Positions 29,401-39,149 of a DNA stretch of 64,000 bases are shown piece by piece. Numbering within the stretch: position 1 is the first letter of the stretch; every line of letters starts with the position of its first letter. The position numbers and the translations under genes are program-made. A model generated the notes under the pieces. That model made no database searches. It was not told where the DNA came from and saw only the letters and a list, made by a program, of their open reading frames with translations. Origin of the DNA: an uncultured bacterium (GTDB lineage Bacteria > Verrucomicrobiota > Kiritimatiellia > RFP12 > UBA3636); assembly GCA_902761575.1 (NCBI GenBank), contig CACWKU010000002.1:5578-69577 (forward strand). Reading direction: 5' to 3'.

Positions 29401-31727
29401 TATTCCGCGATCGCGTAGTCGGCGGAACGCGCGTCCGCCGAAAGGCGGAGCTCGTCCATGAAGCCGACCCAGTTCGACTCGCTGCCGGCCGCGTTGTTGC
29501 CGAAGGCCAGCGGAAGGTCGTTGTCCGCGGCGGACTTGCCGCTCATCTCGATGGGCGTCTGCGCGACGCCGTTCACGTAGAAGGTGACTGTCGTGCCGCT
29601 GTACACGAGCGCAAGGTGCAGCCAGTTCGCGCGCACGTCGGGCACGGTCACCCAATGGTCGCCCGAGCCGGAACCGCGGGCGGAGACCTGCGTGGCGGAA
29701 TTGTCCACCGAGGTGCTGTACCTCGCCTCGGCCTCCCATCCGTCCGCGTCCGTGTAGGCGTTCTTGCGTGAAACGTAGCGCATCGAGTAGTTGGCGAACG
29801 TCCCGGTGGCCTTGAACCAGCCGGAGAACGTCAGCGAATCCCCGCAGTCGAGCAGGGGGTCGTTCGCGACGGCGAGATAGGACTTGTTTCCTTGCGCCGT
29901 CGCCATCTGGCGGCCGTTGCCGACCTGGCCCGCGACGCCGACCGAGTCCGCCGCCGCGTTCGCGCCGGTCGGAACCGCCGCGAGGCCGTGGCCGGTGGCG
30001 TCCTGCGCGTTGCCGTTCGCCTCGTTGAGGTGCCAGACGCCGACGTAGCCGCTCCAGACGTCCTCCGGTTCCGCCGAGGAGACGGCGCCGTTGCCGTAGT
30101 ACATCGTAATCGTCGTGCCCGCCGCGGTCGAGGGGAGCTTCACCCAGACGAGCGACTCGCCGGACTCGTCCCAGGTGTCGACTTCGTGCGGCAGCGGATT
30201 GCCGTCCTCGTCGACGAACATCATGTCGCCGCCGTTCGCGAGGGAGAAGTCGCCGTAGTCGAATCCGTCGATGGCCGACTCGCTCAGCCGCACGAGGGCG
30301 GGGAGCCCCGTCGTGATCTCGGTTTCCGAAAGGGCGCTGGCGAGGGTGATGTCGACGCATTTCAGGAATCCGTCCGGCTTCGGCGCAGGCGCCTTGTACA
30401 CATAGGTCGCGGAAACGACGGCGCTCGGGGCCATGTCCGTCTTGTACGCGCGGGCCTTGACCGTCGTCGTCGCGGAGATTGCGATCGGGCCGGTGTAGGG
30501 CGTGCTCGCATCCGTCGGGTCGGAGCCGTCGAGCGTGTAGTAGATCGCCGCGCCCGCCGTTTCGCACGAGAGCGTCGCGTTCGTCGTCGGATAGAACCTC
30601 GTGCCCGACGCCGGGAAGAACACGGGGGCCTTGACCTTCGCGACGCCGCCCGCCTCGTAGCAGCCCATCGACGGCGGACTGCCGAAATCGACGCCATCGA
30701 GATCGACGCCGATGCCGCTGTACGTCGCGCCCGCCTCGCGAGCCGGCGACGTGGAAGAGAGACGATAGTTGCCATCCGCCGAGTCGACGAACTGAGGATC
30801 GCCGGTCAGGCTGTTCGCGCCCAGCTTGTCGTCAGCGATGTCGAAGAAGCAGTAGTCCACGCCGCCATCGTAGTTCAGGGCCATGGTCGTCGCGGCGCCC
30901 GCCGTCGTGTTGCCGGCGACGATGCAGTCGATCATCGTGAGCTTCTTGCCGCTGTCGTTGTTCGTGAAAACGGCGCCGCCCTTCGATGTGGTCTCGCCTT
31001 CGCCGGCCGCGTTGCCGACGATCGTGGTGTTGCGAACGACCACGGGGTTCTGCTGATATATGAACTCGATGCCGATGCCGCCGCCCCGCCCGTAGCCGGT
31101 GGTCCTGATCGCACGGTTCCCGCTGATGAGGCACGAGTCGATCGTGATCGGTCCGAGGGGACGGTAGGCGCCGATTCCGCCGCCGCCCAGCTCGTCCGAG
31201 GTCGAGGTGCTGACGGAGTTGTCCGCGATGATGCAGTGATCCACCTGACCGCCCGCGCCCTGGGAGAACCCGACGCCGCCGCCATACTTGATGTTGGCCT
31301 CGCTCACCGAGTTGTTGGTGATGCAGCACCAGGAGACCGTGCCACCGCTGACATACGCGCCGCCGCCGGACTTGTCATTGGTTCCGGTGACCCGGCCGCC
31401 CGTCAGCGTGACGCGCTCGACCTTCGCGCCACCGGAGACCGTCACGACACGCGTGTTTTCCGACGGCGTCGCGGCGGTCTGCTTGATGACCGTGCTGTCC
31501 CAGCCCTGGCCGACGAGCGTGACGCCGCCGGTGACCATGAGCTGCGAGTCGATCTCGAAGAGACCGGCGCCGAGGGTGACGGTTCCCTGCGAGGGTACCG
31601 CGGCGTCGATCGCGGCCTGGATGGCCGCCGTGGTCGCGGTGGCGTCCGCGCCCGGAAGAATCAGGTCGGCGGATGCGATGCCGGCTGCCAGGGCGAGCGC
31701 GGCGAGGAGCGTGTGCTGGGGTCTCAT
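26490..31727 (-). CDS. Giant secreted protein with three beta-helix modules, three chitobiase-C/Fn3-like domains, DUF2341, LamG, plus C-terminal region paralogous to the 12327-16997 gene. Tail ..AFYQIRESDKAPNP
   Basis: 1745 aa; MRPQHTLLAALALAAGIASA signal. Three copies of ..TIYYTTDG(S/T)xPT..IKARAY..; three IQAAIDAA..TVxL..GLFEID.QLM(V/I)TNGVTLVGQGW beta-helix starts; PPSMGCYE/PPSMGAYE. Confidence 0.85.
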   Translation of the reverse strand: MRPQHTLLAALALAAGIASADLILPGADATATTAAIQAAIDAAVPSQGTVTLGAGLFEIDSQLMVTGGVTLVGQGWDSTVIKQTAATPSENTRVVTVSGGAKVERVTLTGGRVTGTNDKSGGGAYVSGGTVSWCCITNNSVSEANIKYGGGVGFSQGAGGQVDHCIIADNSVSTSTSDELGGGGIGAYRPLGPITIDSCLISGNRAIRTTGYGRGGGIGIEFIYQQNPVVVRNTTIVGNAAGEGETTSKGGAVFTNNDSGKKLTMIDCIVAGNTTAGAATTMALNYDGGVDYCFFDIADDKLGANSLTGDPQFVDSADGNYRLSSTSPAREAGATYSGIGVDLDGVDFGSPPSMGCYEAGGVAKVKAPVFFPASGTRFYPTTNATLSCETAGAAIYYTLDGSDPTDASTPYTGPIAISATTTVKARAYKTDMAPSAVVSATYVYKAPAPKPDGFLKCVDITLASALSETEITTGLPALVRLSESAIDGFDYGDFSLANGGDMMFVDEDGNPLPHEVDTWDESGESLVWVKLPSTAAGTTITMYYGNGAVSSAEPEDVWSGYVGVWHLNEANGNAQDATGHGLAAVPTGANAAADSVGVAGQVGNGRQMATAQGNKSYLAVANDPLLDCGDSLTFSGWFKATGTFANYSMRYVSRKNAYTDADGWEAEARYSTSVDNSATQVSARGSGSGDHWVTVPDVRANWLHLALVYSGTTVTFYVNGVAQTPIEMSGKSAADNDLPLAFGNNAAGSESNWVGFMDELRLSADARSADYAIAEYKAMNMSGTDVFSYGEAQEVGPETMVRNPVFDPASGATFSAPLSVSLSCATAGASIYYTTDGTDPTDSSEEYTAPIEISATTTIKARAYKQDLDPSAVVSATYTYVEQTPGIHPVDGDPAATWWTIQAAIDAAAPTSGTVVLAEGLFEIDEQLMITNGVTLVGQGWTNTVIRQTTTGKQSRCATLREGARLESVTLTGGFVAGKWVSGAGALVEDGTISWCCISNNVAGVDRFDPAIDHVNNVYGAGVSIKQGSVDHTIFAYNEALASAGASHGGGLGVYCPTGDVLVDACLFYGNRAPQGHGGAIVGYFWNGINPYVLTVRNTTIVANEASATGGGIYITQNGVRSTYDFALVNSILADNVAGLGDPNLVFQEENNRAGYAAQSSYNLFANGTEALGEGSQSVAGSGAAWFVDPENEDYGIVLECPAVEGGDSYEGLGLDLAGLEFSDPPSMGAYEYADRAAKPTFDPGAGTEFVGSIEVTIACATAGATIYYTTDGSRPTASSAVYSGPITLTERTTIKARAYAPDLGPSAVSTALFSDGTIPLEPIELGEPVSRPGRDFNGSTVTVDFTGDIPEGTEPTAKITIGGVDYPGTVDAENGTITIEVPATAVTVGNTYEATITLVVGDDEYTKTTVLEQGRPVIAEESGWIHETASTFESTGAWSGEKAVVADGAIVVSNATFTAATAAPGDAVVTITSTFVFGEPSDDAFETSDRAAITVIQVDGVARYAVATANGVATNLSVVAETASPVTVMVVMDCWAKKVSYSVDGMALGTYPMAEKADGVSTMRYSGATAVTALDGTYLLERLDTNVAKAGDTEYPTVEEAVQSGKKPIQLLWNASWNPTTPGVHTITTNGYDLEIGGDLDHAVTDNGDGTITVTVTDGTVHVRAKSITVGETTVLVGVDGIKAGRWYALEKTTDLSQGFVLDETTWTSATDLLVGTGELEIAIGENETCAFYQIRESDKAPNP

Positions 31728-31876
31728 GGTCGAGTCCTTTCCTTGGGTTGTCGAACGACGCCGACCAGTCTAGAAAATCCGCCCTCCCCGGACAATCACT
31801 CCGAAGTATACCCTCCGATGTATACGAAGGTATAACGCCCGGGTCTGCGCCCCTCGCTCGCACCGCGGCGCGCGGG

Positions 31877-33726
31877 TCAGCCTTCGGCCGGATCTCGGGC
31901 GGCCTCCGACGCGAAGAACTGCGTCCAGCGGCCGTAGTAGTAGCCCATCAGGCCCGAGAGCTGGCGGTGGGCGTAGTCGTCGAGCGTGCGGCGCACGCCG
32001 GACGGTTCGACCCAGGTGGTGTACATGCGCTTCACGGCCTCGGGGCCGTGGTCCGGGTCCAGCTCGGCGGCGAGGCGCTCATAGCGGTCCAGCCGGAAGT
32101 ACGGCGACGCGGCGAGGACGCGGTCCATCTCGAGCATGCCGGCGAGGAACGCCGCGCGCGCCGCGGCGTCCGTGCGCAGCGACGGCAGCAGGTCGCGCGC
32201 GCGGTCGGAGAGGACCTGCCGGCGCAGGTCCGTGAGATCGTAGACGAAGGTCTCGACGCCGAGCAGCTCCGGCCGCTCTTTCGCGACGGCCTCCAGCAGG
32301 TCGCGCGCCCGCACGACGTCGGCGCGGTCGTAGTAGAAGCCGGTCTTCGGGCCCCAGGTCGACGCGCTCGCGACCTCCCACGCCGGGAACGCGCAGTACA
32401 CGCACTCGAGCGTGCCCTCCTGCCGCTGCGGGACGGAGTAGACGCTCCGCCGGAGCAGCCCGAGCGCCTCCACGAGGCGCGGGTCGTCCGTGCCCCAGCG
32501 GCGGCGCGCGTAGGCGGCGTCGGGCTCGGCGCGCCCGCCCGTGATGCGGCGCGTGAACGCCTCGTAGAACCACGGGTTCGTCTCCAGCCCCTCGGAGAGC
32601 AGCCCCCAGCCGTGGCCGTCCGGCGACCGCTCGACGACGCCGAGCCCGCCGTAGAGCCCGTGGTTGCCGCCGAAGTTCAGCAGCTCGCACCAGATCGCGG
32701 GGAGTTCGCCCCACGACCGCGCGCCCTCCTCGCCTCGGGCCATGTCGTAGACGAGGTTCTCGACGAGACTCAGCGCCGGATCGAGCCCGGCGACCATTTC
32801 GTCGGTCGGGTTCTTGCCCCACGCCTGCACCATCCATGTGGCGCCGGGCGAGGCCTTCTGCTGGGCCGCCTGGACGGCGCGGAACGCGGCCGTGACGTCG
32901 ACGCCCTCGCTGTTGCCGCCCTCGTGGAAGAGGTCGCCCGCGAAGGCCGCGGCGCGGTCGGTGCCGTAGACGCGGAAGAGGTTGCGGTACCAGATTTCGG
33001 CGAGGCGCGCGAAGGCCGGGTCGGTCGGGTCCATCACGACCGGGCGCTGCAGCCCGCCCCAGGTCCCCTGCTCGAAGAACCGGACGCCCCCGAGCCCGTA
33101 CCGCGCGGGGTCGCGCCCCATCGCGCTGGGGAGGAGACCCGTGAAGCCCTGCAGGACGGGCTCGATGCCCAGCGCCCGCATCTCGCGCACCAGGAAGCGC
33201 CCGAGCGCGGCATCGCGCTCGACGACCTCCTTCGGGACGGGGCCGCCCGTCCCCTCGAGGTTGCCCATCGCCCACCAGGCCGTGGCGGCGAGGTCGGGGA
33301 TGAACGCGCGGATCCCCGCCTCGTCCATGCCAAGTTCGCGCAGCACGAGCTGCCAGACCTTCGGGAGGCCCGCGATCACGAGCGCGCGGTTGAACCCGTA
33401 CAGCGCCAGGCGGTCGATCTCCTCGCGCCACCACGATTCGCCGCGGTAGCCCGCCGTGTAGCAGAGCGTGCAGTAGTTGTACGCGAGCGCGACCCGCACC
33501 AGCTCCAGTGCCCCTCCGCGACGTCACGCAGGTACGCGCCGAGCGCGAGCGCCTTGTCGCCCTCCGTCGGTCCGGCGACGACGATCCGCCCGCCGTCCGC
33601 GCGGTATGAGGCCGCCGGCGCGTCCTCGAACCGCAGCGCCGCGGCCCTCTTCTCCCCGAGCACGCGCCGAGCCAGCGCCTCCGCCGGCGCGGGCCCGTCT
33701 CCATTCGGTCTTTCCATGGCATTCAT
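31877..33726 (-). pseudogene. Alpha-N-acetylglucosaminidase (GH89/NAGLU-like) split by an apparent +/-1 frameshift between the N-terminal domain (33376..33726) and the TIM-barrel/C-terminal part (31877..33499)
   Basis: Frame A MNAMERPNGDGPAPAEALARRVLGEKRAAALRFE..GGRIVVAGPTEGDKALALGAYLRDVAEGHWSWCG resembles the NAGLU N-domain. Frame B ALAYNYCTLCYTAGYRGESWWREEIDRLALYGFNRALV..WWAMGN..HEGGNSEG..ELLNFGGNHGLYG resembles the GH89 TIM barrel. Both frames are open only in the 33376-33499 overlap. Confidence 0.5.
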
Positions 33727-33825
33727 CGTCCTAAAAAGGTGTGCCAGCACGTCGCCGAGTCTACCACGCGGGCCGACGGCCGAACAACGGTACGAAAGGA
33801 CACCGGGCCGGCTCCTACTGGACGC

Positions 33826-36800
33826 CTACTCGTCGATCGTGCCGATGCCGACGGCGAAGAGATGCGGGTAGGGCTGGTCCAGGACGGCCGTGAGGATGCC
33901 GAGGGTGTCGAGCGATCCGTTGGTCAGGGTCGCGGGGAGGCGGAAGGCCGTGGCGTCGTCCAGGTTCTCCTTGCAGAGGAGCGCGACGACGACCTCGCCG
34001 CGGGCGTCGACCTTGCCGGCCCGGAAGCCGACCGTGAGCGTGTCGCCCGAAAGATCGATCGACGTGAACTCGACGTAGGTGTGGCCCTCGTAGTCGTCCA
34101 GCGCCTGGATGCCGCCGCCGTTCGGGCCCGGGATGTCCCAGGGGCGGGGCTGCGCGTCGGGGTCGAACTCGTAGCAGCCGATCGACGGCGTGTCCCAGAC
34201 GAAGTACTTGTCGTCGAGGTCCTTGCCGATGTACGCGTAGGTCGAGCCCGCCTCCTTCGCCGGAGAGCCCTCCAGTAGATGGTAGTCGCCGCTGGCGGCG
34301 TCGACGAACAGGGGGTCGCCGTAGAGGGAGTCCGGCGCCTGGTCCGCCTCCGACGCGAGCCCGAAGAAGCAGTTCCGGGAATTGACCGCGTCCTTCAGGA
34401 CGTCCGTGATCGAGTAGTTCGACTCGTTCGAGTTCATTTTGTTCCCGACCGCGATGGTGTTGATGATCGTGGCCTTCCCCGGGGTGAAGCCGGCCATGTG
34501 CTCGAAGCGGATTCCGCCCGCGTACAGGGTGCCCGTGTTGCCCGAGACCGTGCAGTTCCGGACGACGCACTCGTGGTTCGCCCCGCGGACGCCGATGCCG
34601 CCGCCGGACCCGTTGCCCACGATGCGGTTGTCGACGACGAGGCACGCGTCGACGAGCACGGGGCCCTCCGTGTCGACGGCCCCGATGCCGGCGCCGTAGA
34701 CGTTCTGGACCTGGGCCGAACGGTTCTCCGCGACGAGGCAGTGGTCGATCGTGCCCTGTCCGCCGGAGAAGGAGACGCCGCAGCCGTACATGTAGTGCGT
34801 GCTGCCGACGTTGTTGCTGATGCAGCACCACGAGATCGTACCGTTCCGAACCCACGCGCCGGCGCCGCCGAAGGTCTGCGTGCTGCCGCCGTTGATCCAC
34901 ACGCCGGTGTCGCCGGACTGCGCGTTCGCGTTGCCGCCCGTCAGGGTGAGTTTCGCGACCGTCGCGCCCTCGTCGACCATCGCCAGGCGGATGGCGGAGC
35001 CTGCGGCCGCACGGATGACCGTGTTCTCCCAGCCCTGGCCGACGAGCGTGACGCCGCCCGTCACATTGAGCTGCGCGTCGATGTAGAAGACGCCGTCGCC
35101 GAGCGTGACGGTGCCGGCGGGCGACTTGGCGGTACCGGCGGCCGCGGCGTCGATGAGGGCCTGGATCGTCCGCCGGTCCGTTTCTCCGGTCGCGTCCCCG
35201 CTGGGCGCGACCGGCTCAGTAGGGTCCGATCCCGTCTTGGGGAGCCTCACGGTCTTCGTCGCCGTCCCGGCGAACGGCGCGTTCGCGAACGTCGCGGTGT
35301 AGAGCCCCTCGCCGGCTTCGGTCTCGGTCGGCTCCCGGACGACCTCGTAGGCGGCCGTCACGGTCTCGTTCGTCACGTGCGAGGAGTCCGCCGTGCAGAC
35401 GGCGGTCGCCGTGCAGTCGTAGCCGGACGCCGTCATCGTCCACGCGTACGCCGGCGCGCCCCAGGTGTGGGCGTGGGGCGGGGGCGGCTCTCCGCCGCCG
35501 GCCTCGTAGCAGCCGATGGACGGCGGCACGGCGAAGGCCCTGCCGTCGAGGTCGACGCCCGCGCCGGAGCCGGCCGCGCCCGCCCCCTTCGCCGGGGAGT
35601 CTTCCTTCAGGCGGTAGTCGCCGTTCGCGGCGTCGGCGAATCCGGGGTCCCCGGAGAGGAAGCCCGCGAGATCGTGGTTCACGCCGCCGATGTTCACCGT
35701 CGTCTCGCTCGCGAGCCCGACGAAGCAGTTCTTCGAGCCCGTCGCGTCGAAGAACGAGTTGTTGGACCGCAGGTTGGATTCCGATTCGCCCAGCTTGTTC
35801 CCGACAAGGATGGTGTTGACGAGCACGAGCTTCCCGGGGCCGGTCGCCGACGCGAGGTCGAGGCCACCGGAGTTGGAGACCGCCTCGTTGCCGACGATCG
35901 TGCAGTTGCGGACGGTGCAGTCGCCTTCGAGGTTCTTCACGCACAGGCCGCCGCCCGATCCGCCGCCGGTCGTGATGGCGTTGCCCGCGACGAGGCACGC
36001 GTCGATCGTCACGGCGCCCTTCGTGTCGTTGACGGCGATGCCCGCGCCGAAGCCGCCCTGGAGGCCGCTCGCCGATGCGTTGTTGGCGACGATGGAGTGG
36101 TCGATCGAGCCCTGTCCGCCGGCGAAGGAGACGCCGTAGCCAGAGTTGGCGTGGTTCTTGCTGACGTTGTTGGTGACGCAGCACCAGGAGACGGTGCCGT
36201 CCTTGACCAGTACGCCGGCGCCGTTCTCGGACTGGGCCTTGATGGCGCCGCCCGTCAGGGCCACGCCCTCGATCTTCGCTCCGCCGTCCAGCATCGCGCA
36301 GCGCTGGGCGGTCCAGGAAGACTCGTTCACCACGCGCTTGACGACGGTGTTCGTCCAGCCCTGGCCGGCGAGCGTGACGCCGTTCGTGACATTGAGCTGC
36401 GCGTTGACGTAGAACGTGCCGGCGGAGAGCGTGACGGTGCCCGCGGGGCTCTTGGCGGCCGCGGCGTCGATCAGGTCCTGGATCATCTTCGCGTCGGTGA
36501 TGCCGGACTGGTCGCCGCTGGGCTGCCCGTTGACGATCTCGGGACCGACCGCGGCGGCGGCGAAATCGTCCACGTAGTCCCAGACGATGTCGTTGTAGTT
36601 GTAGCTGCCCGTTCCCGGCGACGCGTTCTGCTGGAAGGTGTGGCCGCGCGTGGCGAGCGTATGGAGCTCGCTCTCGAGCCCCATCGCGTGCAGCTTCTCC
36701 CAGCACTTGACCGAGTTCATGGCCGCATAGCTGTCGGCATCGCCGTGCAGGAAGAACATCTTGCAGGTCTTCGCATCGAACGCGAAGTCGTCGACCAGGA

Positions 36801-38231
36801 CGTCCGTGTCGAGATTGCCGCCGTTCGCGTTCGTGCCATCGGCTCCGTCGGTGAGCGCGTAGGCGGGATAGAACGCGATCGCCCACTTGACGTTGCAGGG
36901 CTGGTCGTCGATGTCGTCGATCCGCGCGTACGCCGGCGTGAGCGAGGTCGTCGCGCCCATCAGCGTCAGGTGGCCGGCCGCCGAACCGCCCATGATGCCG
37001 ATGCTGTCCGGATCGAGCCCGCGGCTCGGCGCCTCCGCGCGGACGAGGCGGATGGCGCGCTGGAGGTCCTGCCACGCCGACATGTGCTTGGCGAGGTTCG
37101 CGGGGCGGGGCGTGCGGTACTTGAGCGCGACGACAGCCATGCCCTTCTCGTTGAGGTAGCGACGCGTGGGGACGACCTCGAAGCCGTCGTGGTTGTTGAA
37201 GCCGTAGGCGCCGCCCGCGTAGATGATCTGGATCGCCCGCGTCTTGAGCTCCTTCGGGAGGTGCCATTCGATAAAGGGAACGACCTGGTCCGCGCTGAAG
37301 TCGGGCGTCTGGCCGTCGGGCCAGATGTTCTCCTTGATGTAGGTCGCGCGGTCCTCGTCGGACGCCCAGCGGTCGAACGCGGCCACCTCCGCACCGAGCG
37401 CGCCGAGAAATCCCATCTGGCACATGAACTCGATGGCGCGCCCGAACTCGGAAGCGGTCGCAGGGGCGTGTCCGCGTCCGGGGACGAGGTGGATTTCGGA
37501 GGGAACCTTCGCCCCGTTCGAAACCGTCATCGTACGGAGCTTCCGGTAGATGCGCGTCATCGCGATGGGAGACGTTACATCGTCGTCCTGGCCGTGGAAG
37601 AGGCACATGGTGCAGGTCTTGTTGTCGAACGCGAAGACCGTGTCGATCGCCGTGTCGCTCGTGAGCACGCGCGTCGGGGACATCGGGATCGCGAAGTTGA
37701 CGTTGCAGGCGAGGTCGTCGACGTCGTCGACCTTCGCGTACGCGGCGGTCTGCGAGCTGGTCGCGAGGAGGAGCGCGAGGTGCGCGCCGTCCGCGAAGCC
37801 CATGACGCCGATCTTGTCCGCGCTGTAGCCGCGCTCCGCGGCGGCCTGGCGCACGAGGCGCACGGCGCGCTGGGCGTCCTCCAGGGCCGGCTTGTAGACG
37901 GGAAGACCGGCCGCGCTCGGACGATGGCGGAGCCACACGCACGCGACGCCGTTCGCGAGGAGCTTCGCCTCGAGCGGTTGCAGCGCGGCGCCGTCGCCGA
38001 CGCTGGCGTAGTCGGAACCGGGGAGGATGATCACGCACGCGCCCGTGGGGGCGGCGGGCGCGTCGGACCATTCGAGGTACGGCGCCGCGACGCCGGCCTG
38101 CGCGTCGGGCATCCCGCCCTCCGGCCAGAGGGTCTGCGTGGTGCTTGCGGCGCCGGCGAGCGGCAGCAGGGCCGCGAGGGCGGCGATGAATCCGGCGAGG
38201 ATGATTTTCCTCCGATGGATGGTGTTCGACA
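33826..38231 (-). CDS. Secreted protein with two tandem alpha/beta-hydrolase (esterase-like) domains followed by two tandem right-handed beta-helix domains. Tail ..HLFAVGIGTIDE
   Basis: ATG start MSNTIHRRKIILAGFIAALAALLPLAGAAS (revcomp 38229-38231). Two homologous blocks with ..VIILPGSDYAS..WLRHRP..GVMGFADGAHLAL.. and ..IIYAGGAYGF..ALKYRTPRP..GIMGGSAAGHLTL... Two blocks with ..TLSAGTFYVNAQLNVTNGVTLAGQGWTNTV.. and ..TLGDGVFYIDAQLNVTGGVTLVGQGWENTV..; PPSIGCYE twice. Confidence 0.8.
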
Positions 38232-38429
38232 TGGCGTTTTTCTCCTGGTGCGTCGCCGTCGGGCGCATTCCCTCGGCGACGGCGACCATACTAGCACGCG
38301 CCGTCTTCCGTCCGAAACTACACAACCGTGTAGCACCCGTTTTCCGGCCCGCGAAGCGCCCCCGGAAGCGAGGCTCCGCCGCCCCTCGCGGCATCCGTGC
38401 GCGTGGCGGGGTGAGACACTCCTCCACGA

Positions 38430-38456
38430 AAAATGTCGCCTGCCAGGCGACATTTT
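38430..38456. repeat. 27-bp perfect palindrome AAAATGTCGCCTG-C-CAGGCGACATTTT in the divergent intergenic region, ~92 nt upstream of the RhuM ATG
   Basis: Both 13-nt arms are exact reverse complements; A/T-rich ends. Confidence 0.8.
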
Positions 38457-38547
38457 CCCCGGGGCGTTGTGGCAGTCTATCCCCCGTTCCGCGGGAACAT
38501 CCCGCGATACATCCCCAAACCACCCCCCAAGCAGAAAGGATTCCCCA

Positions 38548-39030
38548 ATGCCAGAGCCCAATGGTTGTGAACCGGAAGAAGTCTCGCCGCCGCAAAAGAA
38601 CGAGATCGTCGTCTACCAGCCGGACGAAACGCTCCGGCTTGACGTTCGTCTCGAAAACGAGACGGTCTGGCTGACGCAGAGCCAGATGGGAACGTTGTTC
38701 GGATGCACCACGAGAAACGTGCGCCTCCACCTGGAAAACATCTACGCATGCGGCGAGTTGACGCCCGAGGCAACTAGGAAGGATTTCTTCCTGGTTCGCC
38801 AGGAAGGCGTCCGGCAAGTCCGAAGGATGGTGACGTGCTACAACCTCGACGCCATCATTTCCGTCGGCTACCGCGTGAATTCCGTGCTTGGAGTCCGGTT
38901 CCGCCAGTGGGCGACGACCGTTCTGAAGGAATACCTGATCGGCGCCTCCCTCAAGGACCTCGGCAAGAAGTGCTTCGGCTTCACAAAAATGGATCCCGCG
39001 GAAATCCCGGGCCTGAAGGCGCGGCTCTGA
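38548..39030 (+). CDS. RhuM-family protein (virulence RhuM family, commonly in mobile/defense islands)
   Basis: 160 aa; RBS AAAGGA then ATG 38548. ..ETVWLTQSQMGTLFGCTTRNVRLHLENIYACGEL..VRRMVTCYNLDAIISVGYRVNSVLGVRFRQWATTVLKEYLI closely follows the conserved RhuM core (..ETVWLSQ..M..LF..HYNLDAIISVGYRV.S..G.QFRQWAT.VLKEY). Confidence 0.8.
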   Translation: MPEPNGCEPEEVSPPQKNEIVVYQPDETLRLDVRLENETVWLTQSQMGTLFGCTTRNVRLHLENIYACGELTPEATRKDFFLVRQEGVRQVRRMVTCYNLDAIISVGYRVNSVLGVRFRQWATTVLKEYLIGASLKDLGKKCFGFTKMDPAEIPGLKARL

Positions 39031-39080
39031 CGCCCCTCGCCGGGCATTCGCCGTTTTGCATCTTCCGATCCCGGCCGCCG

Positions 39081-39149
39081 GGCGACTTGCCGACTTGCCG
39101 ACCCGTCGACTTGGTCCAAGTCGTCAAGTTGACTGGTTGCCAAGTCGCC
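39081..39149. repeat. Array of CGACTTG(C/G) / CAAGTCG motifs: tandem direct repeat, 17-bp palindrome, 11-bp palindrome and outer inverted repeat
   Basis: cgacttgc at 39083-39090 and 39091-39098; cgacttgg-t-ccaagtcg at 39107-39123; gtcaa-g-ttgac at 39123-39133; ggcgacttgcc at 39081-39091 versus gccaagtcgcc at 39139-39149. Confidence 0.7.
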
